From a bacterium (lineage in GTDB: Bacteria; Elusimicrobiota; Elusimicrobia; UBA1565; UBA9628), in the NCBI GenBank assembly GCA_021846045.1, contig JAJZCM010000002.1, positions 16,585 to 80,584 of the forward strand: a DNA stretch of 64,000 bases, written 5' to 3'. Shown here in pieces: positions 1 to 10,007 of this stretch (its first letter is position 1; each line of letters starts with the position of its first letter). The notes below the pieces were generated by a model. The model saw only the letters and a program-made list of their open reading frames with translations. It was not told where the DNA came from and did not search any database. A program made the translations under genes and the position numbers.

Positions 1-1020
1 ATTGTTGGGAAGGCGCAAGAAAGCCCGGTAAGCGAGCCAGGCAAAACAAGCCGCTTCTTTAGCCATGACGGGCATCCCGAGAGATTCGGAGCTTAAGACT
101 GAGACGGGGCTGAGGGCTTGGGATAATTTTTTCATCAAAAAAGGGTTTAAGGCTCCGCCGCCGCTGACGATGACTTCCGACACTTTTCGAGGGGCGAACT
201 TTTGGATGGACCACGCGACGGATAAGGCCGTAAAATCGGCTAGGGCGGCGAGAATGTCGGGAAGATCACCCCGCCTTAATTTTCCGAAATGATCCCTCAG
301 GAATTTTTCTCCGAATTCGTTTCGGTCCAAGGACTTTGGCGGATATTTGTTGAAATAGGGAAGTCTAAGCCACTTCTTAACCTTGTCAGGGTCTGATTTT
401 CCTTGAGAAGCCAAGCGGCCATTTTGATCGATAGATTTTTTTCCGGAGCTTAGGATTCTCATGGCTAAATCCATCAGGCAGTTTCCCGGCCCGGTGTCAA
501 AGGAACTCCAAAGCTTATTTTCTCCAACAAAGCTGACATTGGCGATTCCGCCGATATTGAGAACGGCGCGTAAGGGGCCTTGCCCGTAGAGAAATTGGTC
601 AAAGCCCGCGATGAGAGGCGCTCCTTGCCCTCCGGAAGCGATGTCTTGGGGCCTAAAATCCGCGATGACGGGGCGCTTCATTTGTTCGGCGATAAAGGCG
701 GGTTCCCCAATCTGGAAAGTATTGGGGGGATTGTCCCTGGGGCCGTGCCAAAGCGTTTGTCCATGAGAGCCGATGATGTCCACCGCGCGTCCCTTGGATA
801 TTTTTCGCGCGGCCGCGGCAAAAAGAATTCCCAATTCAGCGTTAAGCCGCGAAATTTCCTTGAGATTCAGCGCGGCGGCATTGAGAATTCTTTCCCGCAC
901 GGATTTTTTTAACGGGAAGGTTTCAAAGCAAAGGACTTTAACGGACTTCCCCGAAATTGAAGTCAAGGCGGAGGTGATGCCGTCGGCGGAAGTTCCCGAC
1001 ATGAGGCCTAGGACCGTCAT
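1..1020 (-). CDS. anmK: anhydro-N-acetylmuramic acid kinase (3' end runs off window start)
   Basis: Reverse translation from ATG (revcomp at 1018-1020) reads MTVLGLMSGTSADGITSAL..., the AnmK N-terminal signature. The frame stays open to position 1. It is absent from the ORF track because it is truncated by the window edge. Confidence 0.75.
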   Translation of the reverse strand, partial: MTVLGLMSGTSADGITSALTSISGKSVKVLCFETFPLKKSVRERILNAAALNLKEISRLNAELGILFAAAARKISKGRAVDIIGSHGQTLWHGPRDNPPNTFQIGEPAFIAEQMKRPVIADFRPQDIASGGQGAPLIAGFDQFLYGQGPLRAVLNIGGIANVSFVGENKLWSSFDTGPGNCLMDLAMRILSSGKKSIDQNGRLASQGKSDPDKVKKWLRLPYFNKYPPKSLDRNEFGEKFLRDHFGKLRRGDLPDILAALADFTALSVAWSIQKFAPRKVSEVIVSGGGALNPFLMKKLSQALSPVSVLSSESLGMPVMAKEAACFAWLAYRAFLRLPNN

Positions 1021-1136
1021 TTTTTTCTGTAACATTTTGTTTATAACCTTGAAATCTTTTTGTGACGCGCATCTGTTAATCTAAATAGTGACGGCACACA
1101 ACGGTACGACATCAAGATTGACAACAGCTCACATTA

Positions 1137-2717
1137 CTAAATCTTGGCGCCTCCAGCCCCGGAGGCGCCTCTGCTTTTTAGAAGAGGCAAAGACAAGGTG
1201 ACCGTCGTTCCCTTCCCCAGTTGACTCTGAATTTGCACGTTTCCACCGTGGTTTTGCGCCACCTTCTTAACATAGGGAAGTCCCAGTCCCAGCCCCTCGA
1301 CTTGCCCTGTAAAATAGGCCTCGATCTGATGAAAGCGGTCGAAAACCTTGTCCATGTCCTCCGGAGGAATTCCCGGTCCTGAATCGGCGACGGAAAAAAG
1401 AGCGGAGGACGCGTCCTCCTTTAATTCGACCGCGACTGTTTTTGACGCGGGCGCGGAAAACTTGACGGCGTTTTCAATGAGATTGGCCATCGCGTTTTTT
1501 ATTTGGAGTGGATTGGCCAAGACCGGGGATAATGAATCTTTTTTGACGGACACGGAAAAATCGTGTTTTTTGACGAAAGACTCGGTTTCCCTCAAGGCTT
1601 CATCGAGAATGCGGGCCAAGGGCGTCGGCTCGAAATGAACGGTGTCTTCGGGGCTCTCAAGAGAGACGTAGCGCAAAAGCTTGTCGACTAAATTCGCCAA
1701 TTTTTGTCCTTGCTGGCGAATGGAATCCAAAAACGGCTCCGCCGTCGGGCGCGGGTTTTCCTTGAATTCGCCCGTCAATAGGTCGGTAAAGCCCAAGATC
1801 GAGGACAGGGGAGTCTTGAGCTTGTGGGAGATAAAAGAAAGAAAGGTTCTCTTGATGGCTTCTTGTCTCCGCGATTCCGTCTCATCGCGGAACACATAAA
1901 GAAAAACGGATTTTTCTTTGGAGGAGGAGGAGTTGTTATTTTTAATCGGAGTCGCGATTCCACCCAGAATCAAGGGTTTTATTTCACGTCTCTCGGCGCT
2001 AAAGTGGACCGGCCCCGCGGCCAGGCGCCTTGAAATTTCAGGCCAAGATGGAAACATCGTCCATTGGCCGAAAACCTCGTTTAGAACTGAACGCCCACCC
2101 AAAAATTTATTGGCGGCGCGGTTGGCGATCAAAATATTTCCCGCTTCGTCAGCCAAAACCGCCCCATCGGACATTTCGACGAAAACGATATCCAGCTTTT
2201 GGCGCTCTTCTTCCAAACTCGTGAAAAGCCGGGCGTTTTCAAGGGCGACGGCGGCTTGAGAGGCGAGGGCTTCCAAAAGTTCGGCGTCATCTTGGCCGAA
2301 GGCCCCGGCCTTTTTGTTGATGACCTCGATGACTCCCAAGAAGCGGTCTTGCCTCATCATTGGAACGGCCAGAATTGAGCGAGTGGAAAAGCCTGAAATT
2401 TGGTCCATTTGAGAAGACCAGCGGGAGTCTTGATGCACGTCTGGAATTAAGAGCGGCTTTTTGTCGAATGCAACTGCGCCCGCGATCCCCTGGCCTATTT
2501 TAAGGCGTATTTTCGAGGCGTCTTCTTTCTGCCCCAAGGCGATGTCGAAATAAAGCTCCTGCGTTTCCGCATCGAGCAAAAGAAGAGAAGCGCTCTCCGC
2601 GTCGGCCACTTCAGCGGAGAGTTTTGTGATCGCGCGGAGAAGATTTCCAATGTCCAGATTTGACGAAAGAAGCCTTCCCGCTTCGAGAACTTTTTTCCAA
2701 GACTCTTTGGCGCCCAT
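1137..2717 (-). CDS. sensor histidine kinase with N-terminal GAF domain(s)
   Basis: 526-aa ORF with GAF-like N-terminal half, an H-box (FLSFISHKLKTPLSSI) and HATPase_c motifs (NLIENAVKF, GLGLGLPYVKKV). Confidence 0.8.
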   Translation of the reverse strand: MGAKESWKKVLEAGRLLSSNLDIGNLLRAITKLSAEVADAESASLLLLDAETQELYFDIALGQKEDASKIRLKIGQGIAGAVAFDKKPLLIPDVHQDSRWSSQMDQISGFSTRSILAVPMMRQDRFLGVIEVINKKAGAFGQDDAELLEALASQAAVALENARLFTSLEEERQKLDIVFVEMSDGAVLADEAGNILIANRAANKFLGGRSVLNEVFGQWTMFPSWPEISRRLAAGPVHFSAERREIKPLILGGIATPIKNNNSSSSKEKSVFLYVFRDETESRRQEAIKRTFLSFISHKLKTPLSSILGFTDLLTGEFKENPRPTAEPFLDSIRQQGQKLANLVDKLLRYVSLESPEDTVHFEPTPLARILDEALRETESFVKKHDFSVSVKKDSLSPVLANPLQIKNAMANLIENAVKFSAPASKTVAVELKEDASSALFSVADSGPGIPPEDMDKVFDRFHQIEAYFTGQVEGLGLGLPYVKKVAQNHGGNVQIQSQLGKGTTVTLSLPLLKSRGASGAGGAKI

Positions 2718-2771
2718 CCAAGGCTATTATGATACTTTCCAAAGACTTAGTAAAATGAAAAAGGCGCGGAC

Positions 2772-3980
2772 ATGGAAAAATCAAACCGATTTTTGCTCTG
2801 GGTTTTCTTGGTCGGACTGACCTCGGCCCTCTGTGGAGCGGCGTATCTTTTCATCCTTAACCGGCTGTCCTTGTTGATGGGCCCGCAATCGCCTTTTTTT
2901 GGATATTTATCCCATGGACTCATCTTGGTCGCGGTGGGCGTCGCGATCGCGCTTCTGGAGCGCGGGGTTGGGCCCGCAGGCAACGTGGAAATGCTAGTCG
3001 ACAATATTCATGAAATGGGCGGAAACAAAGAAAGAAAAAATCTTTTGTGCCTAATCCCAACATCGCTAATTTGCATCGCTTCCGGCGGCGCGATGGGGCC
3101 GGAAGCGCCCCTGGTTCAAACCACCGGTTCCTTGGGAAGCTGGGTGTCTGATCTCAAGAATTTAGGCGTGTCAGAAAAAAGAACCTTGACGATTACTGGA
3201 ATGGCGGCGGGGTTTACTGTTTTATTTGGCGCGCCTCTAGGGGCGAGCTTATTTGCTCTTGAAATTTTGCATCGCCGCGGAATGGAATATTACGAGGCTC
3301 TTTTGCCCGCGATTTGGGGTTCTTTGTGCGGCTATGTGGCTTATGCGGCTTTGACCCATCTGGATTTGAGTCCCATTTGGTCTTTCCCCTACCCTGCCCA
3401 AGCCTTTCAGCTGCGTGATTTTGGTTTTTCCATCTTGTGCGGAATAATCGCCGCCGCAGTTGCGGCGTCGTTTATCTTGTCCAACCGTTTTTTAAGCCGC
3501 GCGTTCAAGATTTTTCCACCGCTTGCGCGTGGAGCGACGGGGGGGTTCATTTTGGCGTTGCTTGTTTATTTCTCTCCCTATGCGCTGACTTTTGGCGAGG
3601 CTCAAATGAACGCCTTGGCCGCATCCGTTCCGACTGTTTCTTTTCTTCTGATGGCTTTTATCGCCAAATTCTTGGGAACCTCGACTACTTTTTCCTCCGG
3701 TTGGAAGGGAGGCTTTATTATTCCGCTTCTTTTTATGGGGCTCTGCCTAGGAAGATTTCTCCATCTGGAGATTCCGCAAAGCCAGGAGATTTTACTCGTT
3801 GCGTCCTTGATGGCAGCCTTGAACGCGGGGGTGACGAAGACCCCGCTGGGTTCGGTCTTGGTTGTCACCGAAATGACGGGAATCCGGCTTTTCCCCACAA
3901 CGGTGCTTGCGGTCATGACGGCGATGCTTTTAACCAGCAGCATCGGCTTGATTGAGTCCCAGCGTCCCCGCGAGAAATAG
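2772..3980 (+). CDS. ClC-family chloride channel protein
   Basis: 402-aa polytopic membrane ORF with ClC selectivity-filter-like motifs (GGAMGPEAP, GIIAA, GGFIIP). Confidence 0.7.
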   Translation: MEKSNRFLLWVFLVGLTSALCGAAYLFILNRLSLLMGPQSPFFGYLSHGLILVAVGVAIALLERGVGPAGNVEMLVDNIHEMGGNKERKNLLCLIPTSLICIASGGAMGPEAPLVQTTGSLGSWVSDLKNLGVSEKRTLTITGMAAGFTVLFGAPLGASLFALEILHRRGMEYYEALLPAIWGSLCGYVAYAALTHLDLSPIWSFPYPAQAFQLRDFGFSILCGIIAAAVAASFILSNRFLSRAFKIFPPLARGATGGFILALLVYFSPYALTFGEAQMNALAASVPTVSFLLMAFIAKFLGTSTTFSSGWKGGFIIPLLFMGLCLGRFLHLEIPQSQEILLVASLMAALNAGVTKTPLGSVLVVTEMTGIRLFPTTVLAVMTAMLLTSSIGLIESQRPREK

Positions 3981-3997
3981 GGACTGTCCCTATTTGT

Positions 3998-4495
3998 TTA
4001 TAAAACGGCTTCGATTTCTTTGGTGAGTTCCTTGGACAGCGGCTCAACTTGGGGGCCGAAACGTCCTATAATGCCGCCGTCACGACCGACCAAAAATTTC
4101 GTGAAATTCCAAGGAATGTCTCCGTTGCGCCCCGATTCAGTGGTCAAAAACTCATAAAGGGGGTGGAGTCCTTCGCCCTTGACTTTGATTTTGGCGAACA
4201 AGTCAAAACTGACGGAATATTTCGTCCGGCAGAAAGCGGCGATTTCCTGATTGGTCCCCGGCTCTTGAGATCCAAATTCATTGGCGGGAAAAGCTAAAAT
4301 TTTAAACCCCTTCTCCGCGAATTTTTTATAAAGCTTTTCTAATCCGTCATATTGCGGGGTGTATCCGCAGAGAGAAGCGACATTGACGATTAAAAGAACT
4401 TGTCCTTTATAATCGGCCATAGATTTCTTTTGTCCGTCGATTGTATCGAACGCGAATTGATAAATCTTCCCCGCCGCCGCCGTTTTTTCTCCCAT
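3998..4495 (-). CDS. glutathione peroxidase
   Basis: GPx core (LIVNVASLCGYTPQYDGLEKLYKKFAEKGFKILAFPANEFGSQEPG). The track ORF extends to 4696, but that extension overlaps tRNA-Gly, so the internal Met (MGEKTAAAGKIYQF) at 4495 is the likelier start. Confidence 0.75.
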   Translation of the reverse strand: MGEKTAAAGKIYQFAFDTIDGQKKSMADYKGQVLLIVNVASLCGYTPQYDGLEKLYKKFAEKGFKILAFPANEFGSQEPGTNQEIAAFCRTKYSVSFDLFAKIKVKGEGLHPLYEFLTTESGRNGDIPWNFTKFLVGRDGGIIGRFGPQVEPLSKELTKEIEAVL

Positions 4496-4659
4496 AATGC
4501 GCCCTCTCATTTCCCTAATTTTTTCCTGCGCCCCAAAAATAAGCCCGCCGATGAAAAGCGCCGCTTTTTGCCCCCAATTGTTTTCCATTTTTTGATTGGA
4601 ACGGATGAACGCCTCTATTTTATATAATGAAAGGGCCGCTTCGCGCGGCTCGCTTCTAT

Positions 4660-4733
4660 GCGGGCGTGGTTCAATGGTAGAACGGGTCCTTGCCAAGGAT
4701 CAGACGAGGGTTCGATTCCCTTCGCCCGCTCCA
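4660..4733 (+). tRNA. tRNA-Gly (anticodon GCC)
   Basis: Cloverleaf GCGGGCG...CGCCCGC acceptor, anticodon loop TTGCCAA, T-arm GGTTCGATTCC, 3' CCA encoded. Confidence 0.85.
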
Positions 4734-4755
4734 GATTCCCAAAGGCATTTCCTCG

Positions 4756-4789
4756 ACGACAGCGGCGTCTAATCTGTCGTTTTTATTTT
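4756..4789 (+). terminator. rho-independent terminator downstream of tRNA-Gly
   Basis: Stem ACGACAG / CTGTCGT followed by TTTTATTTT. Confidence 0.5.
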
Positions 4790-4908
4790 CCGGCGGCTGA
4801 TCCAATTTAGGCGCTGGTGTCCATATGGTGGCTGAATTCAACCTGTAAGTGCAACACCCAAGGTTATGAAGGCCTCGCTGGGTTTTTCTTGAACGCTAAA
4901 AAATAGCA

Positions 4909-5004
4909 TTGACGGGACATGATTTTGTGGTATACTACTAATACAACCCCATTCCCTTCGGGGGGTGGGCGCGAAGCCATCCGCAAGGGTGGCTTCTGCT
5001 TTTT
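4909..5004 (+). promoter_or_regulatory. promoter plus structured 5' leader (repeat A1) of the NYN nuclease gene
   Basis: TTGACG-17nt-TATACT sigma70-like promoter, then a leader with hairpins (CCCTTCGGGG; GAAGCCA...TGGCTTC) ending in a T-run immediately before the ATG. A ~75% identical copy (A2) lies at 12306-12420. Confidence 0.5.
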
Positions 5005-5619
5005 ATGAGAACATTCGTTTACGTGGACGGCTTTAACCTCTACTACCGCGCCTTGCGCAATACGCCCTACCGGTGGCTTGACCTCTCCAAACTCGCGCAA
5101 ATTCTGTTGCCCAAGCATCAAATCCACAGGATTCGCTACTATACGGCCCGCGTTACCGCTCGCCCCGGCGATCCTGATCAGCCGACCAGACAGCAGTTCT
5201 ATCTGCGGGCCTTGGCGACGATTCCCAACCTTTCCATCACCTACGGCCAATTCCTAACGCATAAAAAGAAAATGACTTTAGCCTCCGATCCGGCTAAAAC
5301 CATCGAGGTGCTCAAGACGGATGAAAAAGGCTCCGATGTGAATTTAGCGACCCACTTGATCTACGAGGCCATGCGTGATGAGTTTGACGCGGCCGTCGTC
5401 GTCTCGAACGATTCAGACCTAGCGGAACCCATTCGTATCGTTACTCAGGAGGTTCACAGGAAAGTAGGCATCCTGACTCCGGCCAGAATCCCGACACGTG
5501 AATTGCTTAAATATTGCACCTTCTATAAGCCGATACGAAACGCCGTGCTGGCGGCCAGCCAATTTCCTCTGGAACTTGAGGACGCTCATGGCAAGTTCCG
5601 CAAGCCGGACTCCTGGTAG
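5005..5619 (+). CDS. NYN-domain (LabA-like, PIN-fold) putative nuclease
   Basis: MRTFVYVDGFNLYY..., EKGSDVNLATHLIYEA, VVVSNDSDL: canonical NYN/LabA motifs. Confidence 0.7.
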   Translation: MRTFVYVDGFNLYYRALRNTPYRWLDLSKLAQILLPKHQIHRIRYYTARVTARPGDPDQPTRQQFYLRALATIPNLSITYGQFLTHKKKMTLASDPAKTIEVLKTDEKGSDVNLATHLIYEAMRDEFDAAVVVSNDSDLAEPIRIVTQEVHRKVGILTPARIPTRELLKYCTFYKPIRNAVLAASQFPLELEDAHGKFRKPDSW

Positions 5620-5624
5620 ATTCT

Positions 5625-5859
5625 TGGTGTCTATCCGGTGTCCATAACAGTCTAATTCCAGCAAAGAGGCGGGCTTGTGATTATCGCATTTCCCGACGGC
5701 GGTCATAAACCGTCAGAATCGGTCAAAGTTTAGATTTCCCCTCGCCCGCTGGGGCATCTTCAAGGCCGGTTCAGGTGCGCTCGATCTCGATTCCGAATTC
5801 CCCGTCCTCTTCGTGGACGTGAAGCGTCAGCGCCCGGCAACAGACCTGGCAGTCCTCGT
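5625..5859 (+). repeat. 235-bp perfect direct repeat, copy B1 (contains orphan 3' end of CPXCG zinc-ribbon gene)
   Basis: Identical base-for-base to 13442-13676. The reverse strand encodes ...EDCQVCCRALTLHVHEEDGEFGIEIERT*, the C-terminus of the gene at 13588-13902. Confidence 0.9.
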
Positions 5860-5860
5860 C

Positions 5861-7276
5861 TCAAGGGATGTTCCCCTCGGGGCATGGGGGTTTGGATTCC
5901 GCCCTTTTTTTCCAGTCTTCGATAAGGGATACGATTTCTGGACGGGATGTCTCTGCAAAGTCCTCCGCATTGAGCCCATGATTCTCCTTGGCATCAACGT
6001 CGGCCCCAGCTTGGAGAAGAAGGGAGATCACGTTTGCATGACCTTTGCCAGCCGCCCAGATCAGCGCGGTGAACCCCTTCATGTTCTTGGCATTGACATC
6101 GGCCCCGGCCTTGAGAAGAAGGGGGATCACGTTCACATGACCATTATTAGCCGCCCACATCAGCGCGGTGGACCCACCCACGGTCCTAGCATTGACATCT
6201 GCCCCGGCCTGGAGAAGAGGGGGGATCATGTCCGCATGACCATCGTGGGCCGCCCACATCAGTGCGGTGTTCCCATCATTATCCCCGGCATTGACGTCAG
6301 CCCCAGCCTTGAGAAGAAGGGGGATCACGTTCGCATAACCACTGTGAGCCGCATTCATCAGCCCGGTGTCCCCATCCTTGTCACTGGTATTGACATCGGC
6401 CCCGGCCGCAAGAAGAAGGGGGATCGCGTTCGCATGACTCTGGGCAGCCGCATATATCAGTGCAGTCCTCCCACTCTTGTTCCCGGCATTGACGTCAGCC
6501 CCAGCCTTGAGAAGAAGGGAGATCGTGTCCGCATCACCACCCAACGCCGCCCACATCAGCGCGGTTAACCTATTATTGTCCCTGGCATTGACATCAGCTC
6601 CGGCCTTGAGAAGAGGGCGGATCACGTTCGCATAACCACTGTGAGCCGCCAACATCAGCGCGGTGGCCCCCTCCTCGCCCCTGGCATTGACGTTGGCCCC
6701 AGCCTTGAGAAGAAGGGAGATCACGTTCGCATGACCATTGTCAAGCGCGAACATCAGCGTGGTGTACCCATCATCGCTCTTGGCATTGACATCGGCCCCG
6801 GCCTGGAGAAGAAGGGGGATCACGCTCGCATGACCATTGCTAAGCGCACGCATCAGCGCGGTGAGCCCAAGCTCGCCCTTAGCATTGACGTTGGCCCCAG
6901 CTTGGAGAAGAAGGCGGACCACGTTCGCATGACCATCCGCAGCCGCATACATCAGTGCGGTGTCCCCACCCACGCCCCTGGCATTGACGTTGGCCCCAGC
7001 CTTGAGAAGAATGGGGATCACGTTCGCATGACCACTATCAACCGCCCATATCAGCGCGGTCCACCCAACCTTGTTCCCGGCATTGACATCGGCTCCGGCC
7101 TGGAGAAGAATGGAAATCACGTTCGCTTGACCTTGTTGAGCCGCATTCATCAGCGCGGTGGTCCCGTTCTCATCCTTAGCGTTGACGTCCGCGCCTTTTT
7201 CTATGAGGGTCAGAATTTTCCCGACGTTTTCCTCCTTACAGGCATCGATGAAACTTTGATCTGCTCGTTTTTCCAT
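5861..7276 (-). CDS. ankyrin-repeat protein (about 13 ANK repeats)
   Basis: 471 aa with tandem 33-aa units (G.TALM.AA..GH..V...LL.AGADVNA...). The stop codon sits exactly at the B1 repeat boundary. Confidence 0.85.
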   Translation of the reverse strand: MEKRADQSFIDACKEENVGKILTLIEKGADVNAKDENGTTALMNAAQQGQANVISILLQAGADVNAGNKVGWTALIWAVDSGHANVIPILLKAGANVNARGVGGDTALMYAAADGHANVVRLLLQAGANVNAKGELGLTALMRALSNGHASVIPLLLQAGADVNAKSDDGYTTLMFALDNGHANVISLLLKAGANVNARGEEGATALMLAAHSGYANVIRPLLKAGADVNARDNNRLTALMWAALGGDADTISLLLKAGADVNAGNKSGRTALIYAAAQSHANAIPLLLAAGADVNTSDKDGDTGLMNAAHSGYANVIPLLLKAGADVNAGDNDGNTALMWAAHDGHADMIPPLLQAGADVNARTVGGSTALMWAANNGHVNVIPLLLKAGADVNAKNMKGFTALIWAAGKGHANVISLLLQAGADVDAKENHGLNAEDFAETSRPEIVSLIEDWKKRAESKPPCPEGNIP

Positions 7277-7346
7277 TTGCTCTAACCCCCTCGTCCGTTC
7301 TGAGATTTTTTCTGAACTACCAAGACAAATCGCTCAAGGATTAATC

Positions 7347-7781
7347 TCATTGGAGAAACCGATACAACTTACTATATTTTTCCAACTGCCTTCTTCTTTC
7401 TCGATAATTTCGATGTCTTTCCACGGCATTGGGATTGTAAGGATTCCAATTATCCCGAACCTTCTTAATGCGATAATTCTCCGCCGCTGTTTTAAAGATT
7501 GGAATCCCTGCTATGGAAGACGCTCCATTCTCAAAACTCCGTCTAATGAATTCACGGGATTCTTTTTTGGGGAGAGTCGCGTATTGAATGACAACTTGGC
7601 CGTTTTTCTCTTTTCGCAATTCGGCTAATTGTTCTTTGATGGAGGATATCTCGCTGTGCAACCTCGCGATAGAACCTGTTTGAGAACTTGTATGCGGCTT
7701 TTCAGAGGTTTTTATCGTTATTAACTCTGCTGATGCCGAACCGGCAGTCACTAATAAAAACAGAATCCAATTTTTTGACAT
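7347..7781 (-). CDS. small secreted hypothetical protein
   Basis: The ORF has signal-peptide-like MSKNWILFLLVTAGSASA at an internal Met. The mature part is charged and Arg-rich. Confidence 0.4.
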   Translation of the reverse strand: MSKNWILFLLVTAGSASAELITIKTSEKPHTSSQTGSIARLHSEISSIKEQLAELRKEKNGQVVIQYATLPKKESREFIRRSFENGASSIAGIPIFKTAAENYRIKKVRDNWNPYNPNAVERHRNYRERRRQLEKYSKLYRFLQ

Positions 7782-7807
7782 GTGATTATCCCCCCTACGC
7801 TTAATCA

Positions 7808-8188
7808 TTATTTCCTTTTAGAAATTGCTGAAGCCGCCATCGCCAAGAAAACTCCAATAAAAAACCACTTTATTATGAAAAAAAATACTTTAAAGATACC
7901 GCCCAAGACGCTAAGCGTAGTATCCCCAGCCTTACTCCATTCTGACGCTTGAGAAGAGTTTTTCCTTAACTTCGTTTCCGGCATCTCCACGGCTTCCATT
8001 CTTTGAGACATCGTCGTCTGGCAGCTTGGGATAAAAAACTTCATGTTTGCTTCTTGATGAGCTTTGAGTTCTGCCCTTATTTTACTGCTGCAATTCAAGA
8101 TATTGATGTTGTTATCAATATTATCCGTATCAATCTCCGCCTCCACGTTATTATCCCAATCCTGCTCAAGGGCCTCATTAAAATTCAT
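7808..8188 (-). CDS. hypothetical tail-anchored membrane protein
   Basis: 126-aa ORF with acidic N-terminus and a single C-terminal TM (FKVFFFIIKWFFIGVFLAMAASAI). Confidence 0.35.
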   Translation of the reverse strand: MNFNEALEQDWDNNVEAEIDTDNIDNNINILNCSSKIRAELKAHQEANMKFFIPSCQTTMSQRMEAVEMPETKLRKNSSQASEWSKAGDTTLSVLGGIFKVFFFIIKWFFIGVFLAMAASAISKRK

Positions 8189-8198
8189 AAACCACCCC

Positions 8199-8531
8199 CT
8201 ATTTCATCCCCAACTCTCCCAATAGATTGCCAACAATGATCCCGGAATCGGATTTCCAGTTCTCGATCCTAGGGTCTGCTTGATGCCCTAAAATTCTCCT
8301 TCCTTGGTAAAAAGTCAAGCTTTTTTGAATTCCACGATTTAATCGTGTCGTGGCAACTCTCGCGAGCCGGCAATACCTTAAAAACAACGCGACTTGTCTT
8401 AAGGTAAGTGGAAAAAGACTCATGTTAATATCTTTTTCAAAGGCCGCGACTGTCTTTTTAACGTCTTCCAACAACATTTCCCGTTCTCTATGCCGGAACA
8501 TCGCGATTTTCCTTGTGTTAGGTGACATCAT
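8199..8531 (-). CDS. hypothetical small protein (possible HTH)
   Basis: 110-aa ORF tightly packed between neighbours on the same strand. No recognisable family. Confidence 0.3.
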   Translation of the reverse strand: MMSPNTRKIAMFRHREREMLLEDVKKTVAAFEKDINMSLFPLTLRQVALFLRYCRLARVATTRLNRGIQKSLTFYQGRRILGHQADPRIENWKSDSGIIVGNLLGELGMK

Positions 8532-8546
8532 TATCTTAACCCCCTT

Positions 8547-10007
8547 TTATCCCCAAGCGTTATACTTGCTGTTGATATATCTTGAAAAATCACTTTCTTT
8601 GGAAAGAAGCCTGCTCTTATCCTCAAAGTAATAATCGTTATAACGATCCAAATTAATCGTATTTTCTTCGGTGACTATTCCAATTTCCTTGGCTTGGCGT
8701 ATAATAAGCCCCCATTTTTCTTTTGAGAGAGTTATCCTTTTGGATATAAAATCCTGGATATACTCGCCCGCGTCTACACCTTCTTCATGCTTTAAACAGG
8801 ACACCGCGCTATTAAAAGCCATAATAAAGAGAGACCAATCTTTCCAAATCTTAAAGGTATACGATGACTTTGTGTAACCGCTTGGTCTTCCGTAAATCAT
8901 GCCTCTGTCCGGCTTTTCCATCTTTTCTAACTCCTCCAAGCCTTCAACCCGAGTCATTCTAAACTCTGGAGTAGGCGCCGCCTTTATACTGACGGTTTTA
9001 GGAGGAACGCAGGTCTGCACGTGGAATAATCCCTCGCCTTCCGGGGATTTTACCCACGCGGACCCTATCGCTTCGGAATCCGTATTATCAGGGCATTCCC
9101 CCAGTATGGACATATAATCTGTATTCGTAGGAAGCCTAAAAGCTATCCTCGTTGGAAAATTAACTTTTATGGAATTTGATACCGCCGCAACCGTGGGACG
9201 CTGCGTCGCCACTATTAAATGAATCCCAGCCGCTCTCGCCAATTGACCAAGGCGAGTAACGCAACTCTCAATCATAGCCCCATCCCCACAGCTTAATAAT
9301 TCCGCGAATTCATCAATAATAACGACTATCCTCGGCATCTTCTTCCCAGATTGGATATATTGATGAATATTCAAATATCCCTCTTTTCCAAAAATGGATA
9401 ATCGCTGCTTCATTTCGACGATGAGAAGCCCCAATATTTTTACGCAGTCTACAGCGGATTTAACAACGCTATACGGGGCGATTGGATTATATAGGAAGGC
9501 ATCATTAGCATAACAGGTGAAATCAACGCCTTTTGGGTCCATGAGAACAATCCGAACTTCGTTCGCGGTATTGGCCCTTCTTAACGCCTCGATCACGCAC
9601 TTAATGTAAGAAGATTTTCCAGAACCGGAGCTCCCCGCGATAAGCAAATGCGTGGTCTTAAGAAAATCAAAGAACCTTAATTTTCCAAACGCATCCATCC
9701 CAACCGGAATTGATAATGATGAAAAACCCTCCGGCACGGATTTTATTACGTCCTCAAATAACAAAGAGATGGGGGCATGGGACCGAAGCTCAAATCCGAT
9801 CAAGCCTCGCTTATACGGAACATGGAGGCGGATATCGCATCCAATAGCGACGGAGATATCCAGCAGTCTTGATTTTAAAGAAGAGACTCTTAATGCGGGA
9901 GAAACCGCTAATTCGTGAATCTCTGAATTAAGCGTTTTAACGATGCCGCTGGATTTTAAATCAAACCCATAAGACTTTAGAACCTCTTCCAAGTCTTTCC
10001 CAAGCAT
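8547..10007 (-). CDS. FtsK/SpoIIIE-family DNA-translocase-like ATPase with unknown C-terminal domain
   Basis: Walker A GSSGSGKSS, Walker B VVIIDEFAELL, FtsK motif VATQRPT. The ~160-aa C-terminal extension has no recognisable family. Confidence 0.75.
   Translation of the reverse strand: MLGKDLEEVLKSYGFDLKSSGIVKTLNSEIHELAVSPALRVSSLKSRLLDISVAIGCDIRLHVPYKRGLIGFELRSHAPISLLFEDVIKSVPEGFSSLSIPVGMDAFGKLRFFDFLKTTHLLIAGSSGSGKSSYIKCVIEALRRANTANEVRIVLMDPKGVDFTCYANDAFLYNPIAPYSVVKSAVDCVKILGLLIVEMKQRLSIFGKEGYLNIHQYIQSGKKMPRIVVIIDEFAELLSCGDGAMIESCVTRLGQLARAAGIHLIVATQRPTVAAVSNSIKVNFPTRIAFRLPTNTDYMSILGECPDNTDSEAIGSAWVKSPEGEGLFHVQTCVPPKTVSIKAAPTPEFRMTRVEGLEELEKMEKPDRGMIYGRPSGYTKSSYTFKIWKDWSLFIMAFNSAVSCLKHEEGVDAGEYIQDFISKRITLSKEKWGLIIRQAKEIGIVTEENTINLDRYNDYYFEDKSRLLSKESDFSRYINSKYNAWG

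Noticed and set aside
4495-4696. N-terminal 67-aa extension of the glutathione peroxidase ORF
   Set aside because: It overlaps the tRNA-Gly gene on the opposite strand and has no GPx homology. The internal Met at 4495 gives a normal-length GPx.
5419-5706. 95-aa minus-strand ORF spanning the end of the NYN gene and repeat B1
   Set aside because: It is antisense to a well-supported NYN CDS and runs into the repeat. It has no coding support.
5813-7285. Plus-strand ORFs 5813-6568 and 6641-7285 with a striking periodic HVRMT/GDHV pattern
   Set aside because: They are the mirror-strand reading of the 13 ankyrin repeats encoded on the minus strand. The periodicity comes from the ANK coding repeats, not an independent gene or DNA-level tandem repeat array.
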